Under the pieces are notes generated by a model that did no database searches, was not told where the DNA came from, and saw only the letters and a program-made list of their open reading frames with translations. A stretch of 55,457 bases of DNA, the filler included, from Bipalium vagum (taxonomy: Eukaryota), in assembly GCA_037834085.1 (NCBI GenBank). It is 3 parts of 3 records of this genome, joined end to end, with 100 filler letters (N's around TTAATTAATTAA, not from the genome) between each part and the next. Parts side by side here need not be neighbours in the genome. Positions count along the whole stretch, not along the records: positions 1 to 20,944 come from JBBMKC010244037.1; positions 21,045 to 39,036 come from JBBMKC010044641.1; 1 more part is not named here. One strand, written 5' to 3'. The translations under genes were made by a program, and so were the position numbers. Of the stretch, positions 14,088 to 26,950 are shown piece by piece. The stretch's first letter is position 1; every line of letters starts with the position of its first letter.

Positions 14088-15729
14088 TAAGGACTGAACC
14101 AAAAAGTATTGATGTTTTTACAACGGTTATAATTGCATCGAAGTTCAATCAATTTGCTTAATTTAAACACCAATTAAAAGTATGTCATTCATGTTATCGT
14201 TAAGATCTATTTTTAGCTGATTTTCAAACATGATAAGTGAAGAATGACATATTCAAAAAAAACACGGAACATTCAACAAAACCTCAAAAATGTTTAGCAA
14301 AAGCACTTTGTCTAACTGGTTCGAACTGTTCAAACTGAAACATTGGAAAATAAACGTCGTCCAAAAAGGTTTTTGTAAAGGAAAACTGAAGTCAAGATAA
14401 TGATGGCTTTAGAAAAATGATAAATCAATATCAACAAGATAACTCGCAAAAAGATTTAATACATTTCAATCAATGGATCAAAGAGTTAAGAAGAGAGACA
14501 ATTTAAGAATATATTATTAGCATAGAACTCCAAAGCGAAGTCTCGTACAACGGATAAATGTAATCTTTCGGGAACGAAAATTAGATAATGAACCTCTTTA
14601 TAATTCCTCAAGGATGATAAGACTTATGTAAAAATGCATTTTTTCTTACTTCCTGGACCAAAATTCTATCTTGTCAGACCTAATGCTATAATCAGTGACA
14701 AAGAAAAATATATTTAATTTTAGAAATTCGGCCCAAAAATATTAGGCTGGACTACAAAATACAAAAAATGTACTCTAAGGAGTCAACCATTTTTCGCATA
14801 AGACATCATGGACTCCGAGACTTATATCGATGAATGCATGAAAAGGAGATTGAAATCTTTTTTCAAGAAACAGAAAGGCCGTACTATATTTGGTCAGATA
14901 TAACCACCACACATTATTTGAAATTACTTGTTGATTGATTAAAAATGCACCAAATTGAAAGATATTGGGCTTTAGTAAAACGGAAACTTAGAGGAGAAGT
15001 AAAAACACATAAGGAATTTAAATTTAGATAGAATAAATTCTCAAGGGAAGTCGCTCAAGAGACAATAAGAATTTTAGTGGTAAAGGTTCCATATAATGTG
15101 AAAAAATTTTAAAAAGAAACTTTGAATTGAAATTTTGTTGTTGAAATGTTGAAATGTTGAATTCTATTATGTTTATATGTATGATAGTATTAAGCGAGCA
15201 ATTGAAAAGTAAGAGAACGGTATATGCAAACAGACTCAAAAAAGTTATCTTGCAGCACGATAACGCTCGACTACATATTGCGACAGTTGTTAAGGCCACC
15301 TTGGAGACTCTTAAGTGGAACGTTTTACCTCACTCGCCTTATTCACCGGATATTGCTCCGAGTGATTATCAGTTGTTTCGATCGATGGCACACGAGCTTT
15401 CCAGTCAGCACTTCAGAACTTTTGGTGAAATAGAAAAATGGGTCAATGAATGGATCGCTTTAAAAGACGAATCGTTTTTTCGTAAAGGTATACAATTGCC
15501 AGTCAGATGGGAAAAAATAATAGTAAACGATGACAAATACTTTGATTAATCTACATGTGCTTATTTTTTTCGAATAAAGTCTTTTTCGTATCATTCTAAA
15601 TTTGTATTTTAATATTTTCGAATTATGTACCGAATTATTTCACACCCCTAATACTTAGAAATATAATTGTGAATTTGTTAACTTTTTGCGTAAAGATAAA
15701 AACAGCAATACCTTTCGGTCCAGTCCTTA
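14088..15729 (+). mobile_element. DD37E-type ITm element with both TIRs, degenerate
   Basis: TIRs TAAGGACTGAACCAAAAAGTATTG (14088) and CAATACCTTTCGGTCCAGTCCTTA (ending 15729). Internal motifs DDKTYVK, PGPKFY, YIDECMKRRLKSF and PIERYWALVKRKL. Confidence 0.8.
15185..15653 (+). mobile_element. Mariner (mauritiana/Mos1-like) 3' fragment nested in the DD37E element
   Basis: VILQHDNARLH..WNVLPHSPYSPDIAPSDYQLFRSM..RWEKIIVNDDKYFD*, followed by a TIR-like end ...TTCACACCCCTAATA. Confidence 0.92.
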
Positions 15730-17249
15730 TTATAGAGAATTGTATTAGAACCTTAGAAAACGTTTTAAACTAGATAATGAATACTAAACAAAATATAATG
15801 GTTTTTTTTAATTTCTTGTTTCTCCAAGGTCCTTTAGAAAATATCAATTATAACTGATGATTGTAAATATTTATCTTAACTGCTCTATTTAAATTATTAA
15901 AGGAATTCTAATTTTTTGACAGATGGCTCAGAAGTTTAAAAATATATTTATTTAAGATATAAGGACTCCAACCACAACGTTCAATCATAAATAAAGAATT
16001 GTAAATATTAAAAATTAAATTCGACGGAATCATGTTGAGATCGAATCATTGATAGACAAATATATTTATAAGAACTCTTCTTTACTTTCAGTTTTATGTT
16101 TAAAAAGACTTTAGGACGCCAATAAATGACTTTATGAAATCCAACTAAACCCTATCCGTCAATTATTAAATTACTTATTGTAAATTTTATATTATTATTC
16201 AAACGTAGAATATTATTTAAAATATGAAATATATTTAATAAACTTTTATTTATTTATATTAAGGTTTTAAAATAAAAATTCCCAGTCTACATTCAGAAAT
16301 CCTTTTAAAAATTCTGATTCTTCTTCATGTTGGCTTATTTAATATTGGACCCCGTAAAAGAGAAAGCAAGCGTTACTGATAAACATATTACTCCTTTCAA
16401 TCTTAATTTACAATGTTAGTGATTTTATATTAGTTATATATTTTTCTTTTAAACATAACTAACGAATATGATAATAAATAATATATTTCATTTAATTTTT
16501 CTTTTTTTTTAAAAAAAGTATTTTCCTTTCACTTCACTTGCTAAAATGAAATTTCGAAAAAAATTTTTTTTTAATTTTTGATTGAAAACTTTTCTTTTTT
16601 TTATTATCTTAATTATAAGACACATGACTTCAATTTACAGTTCTTTTTTTTTAATTTTTTTCTTTGCATTAATAAAATGTATTGATTTATTTCAAATATA
16701 GAAAGCTTTGTTCTAATATTTTATGTTAAAAATAAAAATAATTTATGCAATCAGTTCTGTCATATGGGTAGGTCTATTAAATATTGTAATGAAATATTTG
16801 TTCTTATGGATTATAAATTCATTATTTATTCTCTTTGTAAATTTAACTATTTTAGCGCATGTATTTTTATTGGCGTCGTTATGATTATTTATTTAGAAGA
16901 GGCAAATTAAAATTATTAAGCTCCGTAGTCAATAAAATCAACTTTATATAAATAATTCACAATTTCCATTTAAAATTTGAAATTAAGACTGTTCCACACG
17001 TAATGTTATATTGAAATAAAAAATAAATATTTTTCTCTGATTACTTCAAACAAATAAACAAATTATTAGCATAAAAGAGTTGATTGTTTTACTAAATAAA
17101 AACTGATGATTGTGATCGGTTTGGAAAATTTGAAAGATTATTATTTCTCGAATTAATTCCAGGTTAACATTCAACTGTTAAACTGTATTTTTACGAAAAT
17201 AAATAAAAATAAATAGCTTAAATTTTGAGATTTAATATTTAATATTCTA

Positions 17250-17760
17250 ATAAGGGGAGGCCCATAAATCACTTTCCTATTTAAAAATTAAGTAATAAAA
17301 TTTTTTTGAAAAATGGATTTTTTTAGAGATTTATAAACCTTAATTCTGGGATATTTAATATGGAAAAATATCTATAATAATATAATATCTAAATAATCTA
17401 ACTAAATTAACAAAACAAATGTTTCAGTTATTTTTATTTTAAAAAAGATATTATATAAAATATTTCAGAATTAGAAAACCACCAATACGTAACCTGGTCA
17501 AGGGCTTCCAACCACAGGGTTCTGTTATGGATTTCGAAAGATCCGGAAACCAATTTCAGTAAGCTCTCAATAAATTGAGGTTTTGTAAATGACCTTATTC
17601 TGGAAGACTCTGGATTATCTACTCAAATATTTGTCGACTAATTGGACTTTAAGGACCTACTTTGCATAGCTTCGCAAAAAAAGTGCTCCATCTGATTTTA
17701 GACACAAATGTGACCATACAAAAAATGGCAATAGATAATTAGAAGGTGTAAAAATTAAAG
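17250..17760 (+). mobile_element. Tc1/mariner-superfamily 5' remnant
   Basis: PIRNLVKGFQPQGSVMDFERSG resembles the TI.RLV.KF..TGSV.D..RSGRP HTH linker. A TIR-like TAAGGGGAGGCCC lies near 17251. Confidence 0.5.
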
Positions 17761-18040
17761 GTCCCATAGTCATAATTATTACATAACATCAACATACATC
17801 ATTTATAAAATGACTTATTTTTGATAATAATTCTTAAATTTAAAATCAAAATATAAAATTTTTTTATTAACCCATAGGTCCTGTATTTCGGAATTTTTTG
17901 GGAAACTTCCTCTGAAACTTTAGAAAGACCTACCAAATATGACTTTAGCTTTATCACTAAAATTTTATATAGATTTTATACTATAAGCTCGAGTGTTGAA
18001 AACTAAAACTATAGCTGGAAACATGGTAATTTTTTTGTTA

Positions 18041-18560
18041 TGTGTTGGCTTGAACAGAAAGTTCGTTCCTTTTTTTAATAGTAAAATTCAACTTAATATT
18101 TTGAAATGAATATTTATTATAATTCAATAATTTTTTGTAACGAAATTTTGTTTTATTACATAGTAATTGTATATATTAAAATGTGTAGATAATTGCACTA
18201 TTTAGACAGCAAGCCTTAAAATGTCTCATGCTGACCAGCATATTCACCATATCATTATCTTTTATTTTAATAAAGGGAAAAACGCTACCGAGACAGAAAA
18301 GAAGATATGCTCAGTGGATGGCGAAAATATAATAACTGTCAGCACTTGTCATAAGTGATTCTCAAAATTTAAAGAGGAAGATTTCTCTCTAAAATATTCA
18401 GATCGCTCAGGGCGGCCATTGACTGTCAATAATGACGATCAATCGCCTTAATTGAAAACAGATAATGCAGAACAGCTAGAGATATATCAGAAGTCTCTCA
18501 GAACACAATTCTTTTCTGACGGTATCATGAAACCGCTCGAAGGTTGGAGACCTCTAGAGC
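18041..18560 (+). mobile_element. Internally deleted mariner (mellifera-like)
   Basis: ATG at 18221: MSHADQHIHHIIIFYFNKGKNATET..ICSVDGE..K*FSKFK..DRSGRP, fused directly to the C-terminal FFSDGIMK.LE.W. Confidence 0.85.
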
Positions 18561-20944
18561 CTCCCAAAATAAAAAAAATTTATTCTTCAGTGATTTAATG
18601 AAAAACATTTGTCTTTCTTTTGGTATTTACTGTAAACATTGAAATTGTCTAGAAAATAAAATTTCATTAGAACTCTAGCCTTTATTAATTATTATGAAAA
18701 AATAAAAAATAGAAAATTATTAAAAATATATATTATGGATTATTATTTAAAGAAAATAATAAGATAAAATAATAAGAATTTCTAAAAATATAATTTTTAG
18801 AAATAGCAAATATAAGTTTATAAAAAATAAAAATTGAGTAAAAATTTACCGATATAAACAATGTTAAAAATTAAAAAGGACGAACAAAAGTATTTAAGGT
18901 CAAGATCACTAAGGAATGTCAAGAATTCTTTAAACATCATTAAAATTAATTTGACAGGGACCACCACGATCACGAAAATAATTATATAAACATCGACATT
19001 GACAGAAAAAATGAACAATTTAGCTATCACAACACCGAAAAGATTTTAAATTTAACAAAGAAAAAGCAAGATCAGCCATCTAACTCTCAAAGGATCTAAA
19101 TTTATAATTGAGAAAGTGACTTCTATTTATATTATTATTATTTCAAAAAGTATTATCAAACTCTGTTCGAATTTTCGATACAGAAGTTTTATTATAACTA
19201 AATTAAATAATTATTTATGCATTGCAAGAAATCTTAACCGATTGACTTTTGTTAATTAATTTTTCTCTTTAAAATAAGCACTCGCCTAAATTTTATTATA
19301 GTCCTTTCTTTTTTCTTTTTTATTGTTCATAGTTAACACAGTCGATAGCTAGTAAACTACCGAGGGCTTTAGCATATTAAACTAAGTTTATACCTAAAGA
19401 TTTCTAAAGCTTAACAGTTCAAATTTAATATCCTTTGTAGAAGATTTTACTATAAAACATTTACAAATAAAGATTTTTAAATAAAAGTGTTTTCTCAGTT
19501 AATATTTTGCTCGTTTCAGTTTCATATTGTGATAGTAAAATTCAGTGCTTTGAGCGTTTGTCCATAAATTCTTCTGGTTATATTTATTTTTTTTTGAGTT
19601 ACCTAAAAGTCCATCATTCGATTTTCTAAACACAATTTAATTCATTTGAAGAACTTAACAGACCGATATTCGATCATAATGGTGTATATATGGTTTAATA
19701 AATATATTTATGTTGCTTACAAGACTTCTTTAAGACATCTACCAAAAAACGAACGATCTTTTTGTTGAACCCAATAGTTGTATGTAGGTGAACATCGTTG
19801 TTAATTACAATATTAATCCTAGTATAAAAATATGTAAAGAGTAGAAACGATATAAACATGTTATCAATATATAATTCTAAGCTGCAGTTTTGATGATTTT
19901 ATTTGTTTTTAACCGAATTAAAAATAAAATTAATTATAATCTTCTAATAGTCGTAGTAATGATAGTAAACTATTTTATTATATTTTATATTATTTTTAGT
20001 ACATAATAGGTATTCTATTGATGTTTATCAGATTTTAGACTTTACTGCAATGATACTATCTTCCAATTAAAACCTCGTTGCATAAGACCCAGAAAAATTA
20101 CCATTCCTCTCTCTGTTTGGTATCTAATTCGGTAAGAAAATCTCTTTTTTGCAAAACAAAAAGTAATTCAAACCACATAAATTCATTTCCTGAAACATGT
20201 CGAATAATATTTTTTACTCCGTCTCTATGAAATATATGATACCCATTTTCATAAAATCTGGTTTTCAAAAAAACACTTATCAATTGAAAAAAATTGTTTA
20301 CACATTTATTATGATAAATATCTCGATCATTTTATCAGTTTCTCAATAAAATAAAGTCTGTTAAATGTAATTGACAACTAATAAATAGCATATCTTTTTT
20401 AAAATCATTTAGTTTGACAAAATATTACCGAAACTTGTCGAACAACGTTTAATAAGATTCAGATTTATTTGCTAATATATTCAATAATTGTAATCAAATA
20501 TTGTAATTTCAGCCTCGAAATAGAATTAATTCGGTTCTTTTTACAGAAAATTATGTGATAATAATATATATAATTTATATGATAATATTAAAATTTCACA
20601 ACATCATTGTCAAAGATATTATAAGATGTTAATAAATTAAAACAAAAATAAATGTGAACAATTATACAATTAATAATTCAAAATACTAAAAATAAACTTT
20701 TGTCAATTTTATTATTACAAAATTGTAATTTTGTGTAAAAATTTATTTAAATTTAATTTCTTAAAATACAATTTATAAATGTTAAATTTAATTGCAATTG
20801 TTACACGACTCTCTTTAGAGTCATATTTTTTGATTTTCATATTTAATTAAAATTCATAGATCTGTGAAGACTACGTCCAAACCCTCTTGCAAAAACTCCG
20901 ACAATATCAAAACCAAGTGGATCGTCAGTTGCGGATATTCAATA

Positions 20945-21044
20945 NNNNNNNNNNNNNNNNNNNNNNNNNNNNNNNNNNNNNNNNNNNNTTAATTAATTAA
21001 NNNNNNNNNNNNNNNNNNNNNNNNNNNNNNNNNNNNNNNNNNNN
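20945..21044. other. Artificial contig-joining linker (44N + TTAATTAATTAA + 44N)
   Basis: Exactly 100 nt. The central palindrome gives stop codons in all six frames. Identical in design to 39037-39136. Confidence 0.97.
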
Positions 21045-22235
21045 TAACATCTTCCCAAGAGGAAACAATCCATTCGAAAATAGTATTCCAGTCAGCTGCT
21101 TTCATATTTCCGGACTTAGTAGTAGATGTTTTCATAATCTTTAATGATCCAATCCTCACACTTCTTGCGCAATTTTGATTTGAACGAAAGGTTAACATTA
21201 AGATCTAATAGCTGCACCTTTGATGTCAATCCGTCAGGTATGAAAGCAACTTTGGATTCCTTCTTAATTTTATCAAGTGTAGTGATAAAGATGTGAGCGA
21301 TGCATATCAAATAAAAGCAGTGATGGTGCTTATGGATCCTGGTTCCATGGTGTCTTTGGAGGCTATGTCATTCGACTCTTCCATACTTTCTTGAGTTATA
21401 TCTCAAGAGTTTCATGATTCATCCAACCAGATTCATTACCTGCAATAACAAGCTTTGATTCAGGAATGCAAGTCTTTGGATGCTTCTTTGTGCCCAAAAT
21501 AACAAAAGGCGGAAGTATAGTACCATCTTTGAGAACATATAGATTGACGGTAAATCGTTATTTCTCATGTCCTGTAGTTTTAATTCGGACCTCATTGGCA
21601 CCTTTAGTCTCAACTGTGTACTCTAAAGGCATTTCACATTGAACGGATACTTCATCAAAATTACCGATTTGATTATCGGGCAAATCCTTCTTTAAATCTG
21701 CGATGATGCTTCTAAACTTGGCCATCTGAAATTCCCAATCTTTAGGCAATTGTTGCTTTGTGGTAGACCGTCGAACACAAATATTCTTGCGTTTCATGAA
21801 ATTATCAGTCCATTGAGAGCTCGCGACAAATCCTTCAATCTTCATCTCTTTGGCAATTACTTGTGCCTGTAAACGAATTCGAACAACCGACACTTGAAGT
21901 TCTATTCCACGTTGAATTAGGATCTATTCGTGTAATTTCGTTTCCAATTCCGGATATCTAGCGTTACCACCACGCAAAGATCTTCAATTTTGATTCATTG
22001 CTTTGATAACAGACTCTTGGGCGATCCATCGTCGAATAACAGGTTCATTAATATCATATCGAATTGCACGGTGAAATTTTTTTTTAATGATAGGTTGCTG
22101 ATTTTAAAATCATTTGTTTTCAACGTAAATGGTGCAGTTCATACGTGCTACAGTTTATACGACTAAAAAATACATTTTTATAAAATGTCATCTGCAACTA
22201 ATACGCGCTGCATCTTATACTCGGGATTTTACAGT
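21045..22235 (-). mobile_element. pogo/Tc2-type transposon (HTH + CENP-B HTH + DDE_1), degenerate, truncated by the gap
   Basis: YDINEPVIRRW..GGNARYPELE..FVASSQWTDNFMKR..IGNFDEVSV..IKTTGHEK*RFTV..GWMN..IPDGLTSKVQLLDLNVN..TKSGNMK. The end at ~22235 reads TACTGTAAATCCCGAGTATAAG on the minus strand, a pogo-like TIR. Confidence 0.92.
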
Positions 22236-22744
22236 ATATTACTATTATTACAGCATTCTGATGTTAAACTATTTAAGATAAATAAAAATATATAATTCAA
22301 TTTTTTTGGATAAAAGATATTGAAAAATCAATATTAGCCACATTATTTAAAGAAAATATTAAGGATTTTCGATTTTCTCTTAGAGCTTTTCGTTTAAAAT
22401 TAATATTCTTCCAATGATTGAGATATAATTATAAAGCATCAATATTCAATACTGAAGAAACTAATTGGTTTTGTTTATCAATTTCTTCTGATAAAATCAA
22501 TTCAATACATAGTCTGCCATGTATCCGATGGTAATCAGAATTCAAACAAATTATTTAATTTAATTTAAAATCTCAATAGCGAAGTGAAAATTAAAATAAT
22601 TGTTGTTATTCTTGGAAGTAATTATAAGCTACGTAAATAATAATAATTTATATGAATATTTATTTACTTGGTAAATCGTCTCAACGGTGAGCGCATTTCA
22701 TACATGAACGCTTTTCTTTTTCGACTTTATTTTTATTTTTATTA

Positions 22745-23261
22745 TTGGGTTGTCCGAAAAGTTCGTACACTTTTTTACATGAATCGATTTTGTTTGATTT
22801 TCACGCACTTAAAAAAATGAGAAATGTCTATTTATAAATGGTTTAAAAGTCTTTTGCCATTAGGGATCTCAGATTTAAAATTTATTTTTATTGATTGAAA
22901 GATATTTATATTTGGATAATGGATAATGAAAATAAACATATCTGCCATGTTTTATTATATTACTACAATAAATGGAAATTATCGACAGATAGACCTCAAA
23001 AAATTGTGCTTTTTACGGTAAGAATAAAATAAAGCAACACACATGACAAAAATAGTTCATTAATTTTTCTCCTCAATACAAAGCATGCTATGGCCGCCCC
23101 ACTAATATTTTTAATGATGATTTAAAAACTTTCATTGGTCATATAACAATACGTTAGCTTGTTGAGATACGTAATTCACCAAATACAGCCACTGTTGGTC
23201 CCTTAAAAACAATTTTTTGATTAATTATTTAAAAAGCGCACAAACTTTCCAGACAGCCCAA
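22745..23261 (+). mobile_element. Non-autonomous mariner deletion derivative with both TIRs
   Basis: TA|TTGGGTTGTCCGAAAAGTTCGT ... ACAAACTTTCCAGACAGCCCAA|TA, with an internal MDNENKHICHVLLYYYNK start. Confidence 0.85.
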
Positions 23262-23463
23262 TATAATATTTTTTAGTAAAAAATAAATATTATTTACTAA
23301 AAAAATATGAGACAGATCTTTATTTATTCTTTTTCTATCTTTTATTCTTTTCCATAAATTCATTCATATCTAGATAAATTTATTAATAATAAATTATTTA
23401 TTCGATTATTTTCAAGCAAGCACTTCTAATTACACTTTATGAACAAAATGTAACATAAAAATA

Positions 23464-24447
23464 TCAGGTTGTTCGGAAATCAATTATCGTTTTTTCGAAT
23501 GAAAAAGAAAATGAAATAATTTTTGACTTAAGACATTTATTTATTAAAAATAATTGCCATTACATTTAATACATTGTTCCCAACGTGATTGAAGACTTAA
23601 TATTCCTTTTTCATAGAAATCATGTTTACAAGAAACAACGACGAATTCTTCAAATACCTTTTTTACAGTGTCGTAACTATTGAAAACCTTTCGAGACAGG
23701 AAATAATGTAATGCTTGAAATAAATAATAATCCGTATAAGTAATAAGTCCGGTAAGTATGCCGGATGTGGAAGAATCTCATATCCAAGGTCATTTACCTT
23801 TTGCAGCGTTTGTTTTGCGACATGTGGCCTCGCATTATCATGCAGCAAAATTGAAATATTTCTGTTGACAATTGCTAGATGCAAAACTTTTAATTTTTAA
23901 TGCATACGTTCCAATTGATTTGCAATATACATCTGATGTTATTGATTCACCGTTTTTTAGGAATTCGTAATGAATCAAACCCGTCTGACACCACGAAACT
24001 GATATCAAAATCTTTTTTGGATGCAAACTTGGTTTTGGAGAACAATTTGGAACTGAACCACGATCTACCCACTCAGATGGACGTTTACGGTTATCGTAAA
24101 CGTCCATTTTTCATCACACGTAATTATTCTGCGCAAAAATGGATTATTTTTATTTCTTTGAATCAGTGTTGAGCCGATATTCTATCTCATTTGTTTTTGA
24201 TAATCAGTTAATAAATGCGGTATCCACTTAATTAACTTTTTAACCTCGCTAATTTCCTTTAGGTGTTGAGAAACAGTTGAAATAGATACTGATAATTGCT
24301 TGGATAAATTAATATAGAATATGAATCCTTATCATCTAAGCATCAATTCTGAATATCATATGATGTCATTCATACGTATTTTATATACAATAAAATTATC
24401 GAAAGTTGCTTTATATAAAACGCTAATTTATTTCCGAAAAACTTAAT
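23464..24447 (-). mobile_element. Mariner (DD34D) pseudogene with both TIRs, N-terminus partly deleted
   Basis: [62 protein letters not shown]. TIRs TCAGGTTGTTCGGAAATCAATTATCGTTTT and AAAACGCTAATTTATTTCCGAAAACTTAA. Confidence 0.93.
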
Positions 24448-24722
24448 AGTATGAAAGTAAAAAAATAAAATTTATTGAAACTTTTCATAATTTAAAAGAA
24501 ATTAGATTTCACTTTAATCAAGTATTTATTTATGAAAATAACGAATGAAATTTTATCAAGTTTAAAATTAAATTTATAATGGCAGAAAAATGTACTTCAT
24601 GATTTTAAACTCGTTACAAAAAACCCTGTTTTCCTTTAAAAATTTAATTTTTTAAATTAGTTTTACACTGATCATCTCCACACGTGTGTCAAAAGGGGGC
24701 TTAATGGAATTTAAATGTTTAG

Positions 24723-26884
24723 GGATATATGTTAAATTGAAACTATTCAAAGGCCTCACGTGTAAAGAAAAACAATCAAAGCAAACGTCAATATCCAAAG
24801 AAAATTACATTTTCAACGAATCATTTACCTTTTTCAAAATATTCTCTCTCGATTTTATATCTTTGCAAATTACTCTACTTGGTGAGAGAACGCTTTTCGG
24901 ACTTTATGGTGAGCTTTTTATATATCCCAATTTTTTCATAACTGTTTCCTAATTTTAACATTTATTTATATATTTTTCTAATCAATCTTTTTCATAATAT
25001 TTTTAATAAATAAAATGAAATTATTATTATATTATTATTATTATTATATTTTTTTTTATTCTTACTATCAGTTTTTTCTACTATTTTTCTGATAAAAATT
25101 GTGCTGACAATCAGCTAAGTAAGCTAATTTAACAATATAATAGATTAATTAAATTTGAATTATTTAACATACGTCATTGGTTCAGTGTATGACCAAAAAA
25201 TAACAACGGTAGAATTATTTCGCCAAAAGAGATAATGGAATAGTTTAACCCAAGTTTATAAGTGAGCAAAAGAGTATATAGAAACAAAGAACGTAGATAA
25301 ATTGAATACCAAATGAAAATATCTCAATAAACGATCTCAACCCAAACTAAACGATGAGAAGCAGTGAAGAGCGGCTAATGTCACCTTACCTTTTCAACGT
25401 GGTCACAAAGTGGATTCTGAAATTTATATCACCATGTTAGACGCGGTTATGAAACCGTAGTTGTATGAAATAGTTGGTGGAGTAAAGTACATTTTTCAAC
25501 AAGGCTCTGGTCTTGCTCATTAAGCTGTGAAAACGCAAGCATGGCTTTATGGAAGTCTTCCTTACCTTCTGTCATCTGATACGTGATAACATTCGAGCTC
25601 TGACTGCAATCCCCTATATTATTTCTTTTTGGGCGGAGTTGACTCACAATTAAAGTCAAAACCCCATAACAAAATGAAGTCCTTAGATGATGCCATCATG
25701 GATGTAATGACTAAATTGGACAGAGAGAAGCCTAAAGGCTTTTGTAACCGCTAATGGTGATCACTCTAAATAATAGTAAAATTTACACTTTCATTCAGTT
25801 ATATGCTGATTTTCATTGCGATAAAGTGAATATTTTTTCCTATTTGTCTTTTTATTAAGATTTATTAAGATAAGTATATTATTTTTCAGGATTTTTCCAA
25901 TGACACTATAAAATACCAACTTAATGTATCAAATATTCTAACTTTTATCCTCTTTCAAATAATAACAAAAGCTTTCTACATTCAATTTCTTAACCCTTAA
26001 ATTTTTCTGCGACAGTCTTTTAGGTAAGTCGGTATTTAAGTATTTTCTTTCATCTAATAGTATTGACAAAAATGTTAAAGAATTTATCGCCCCTTCTTTG
26101 AACTTTTCCATATTGGAAGGACAATTGTTTCATCGGTTTTTTTGAGAAACTTTTCTTTTTATATTTTCGTAACTTATCTTAAACAAATATTTGTTTAAAA
26201 CTCTTGCCATTTTTGATAGAAAATTGCTGAAAAAACCTCAGAGAAAAATATATATATTATTAAGTTGCATTGGCAAGAAGGAAATTAATCATTCAATTAT
26301 CTGGGAATCTACACTTTTAAAAGGAAAAGGGTTTCTAATAAATTGTTGAATTTTATATTTTAATTTTAAAATAGATATCAATAAGTTACATTTCAAATAA
26401 TGTTAAGAGTATCCACATTTACCAGGAAAATGGTATTGGTATATTCGACTGTATTTTAACACGATGAAGAATCATTGAAGAATTAAGATGAAGATTATTT
26501 TTATTCATTTTTTAAAGAGGTTCAAATGTTGTTGTCGAGGAAGGATTGATGATAAGTTAGAAATCGAATATTTAAAAAGGATCCTTTGATTGACACTTTT
26601 AAGACTTGAATCCTCTCAATTTGTTTTAAGATTTAACCACAATGTTGTATTGCCATAGATTTACACATATTCCAAGTAGCCGGCTTGCTTTGTAAATATG
26701 AAATGAATAATAAATGAATTAAGACAAAGTAATCTGTGGGAAACTATTCATGCATATAATAGGTTTTCATTATCAGATTCACAAATATAAATAAAAAACG
26801 ATATTTGATGGACAGAAATAATGCAAGTGATTTTCTCTAAAATACCTCCATTAACTTCTGATGTGTTATTAATTTTATTTTATG

Positions 26885-26950
<66 letters not shown>

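Noticed and set aside
16260-16380. F-box-like peptide IPSLHSEILLKI
   Set aside because: Too short, followed by a stop, and no consistent neighbouring exons.
20098-20283. 61-aa minus-strand ORF
   Set aside because: No recognisable motif or clear splice boundaries. It may be TE debris but cannot be assigned.
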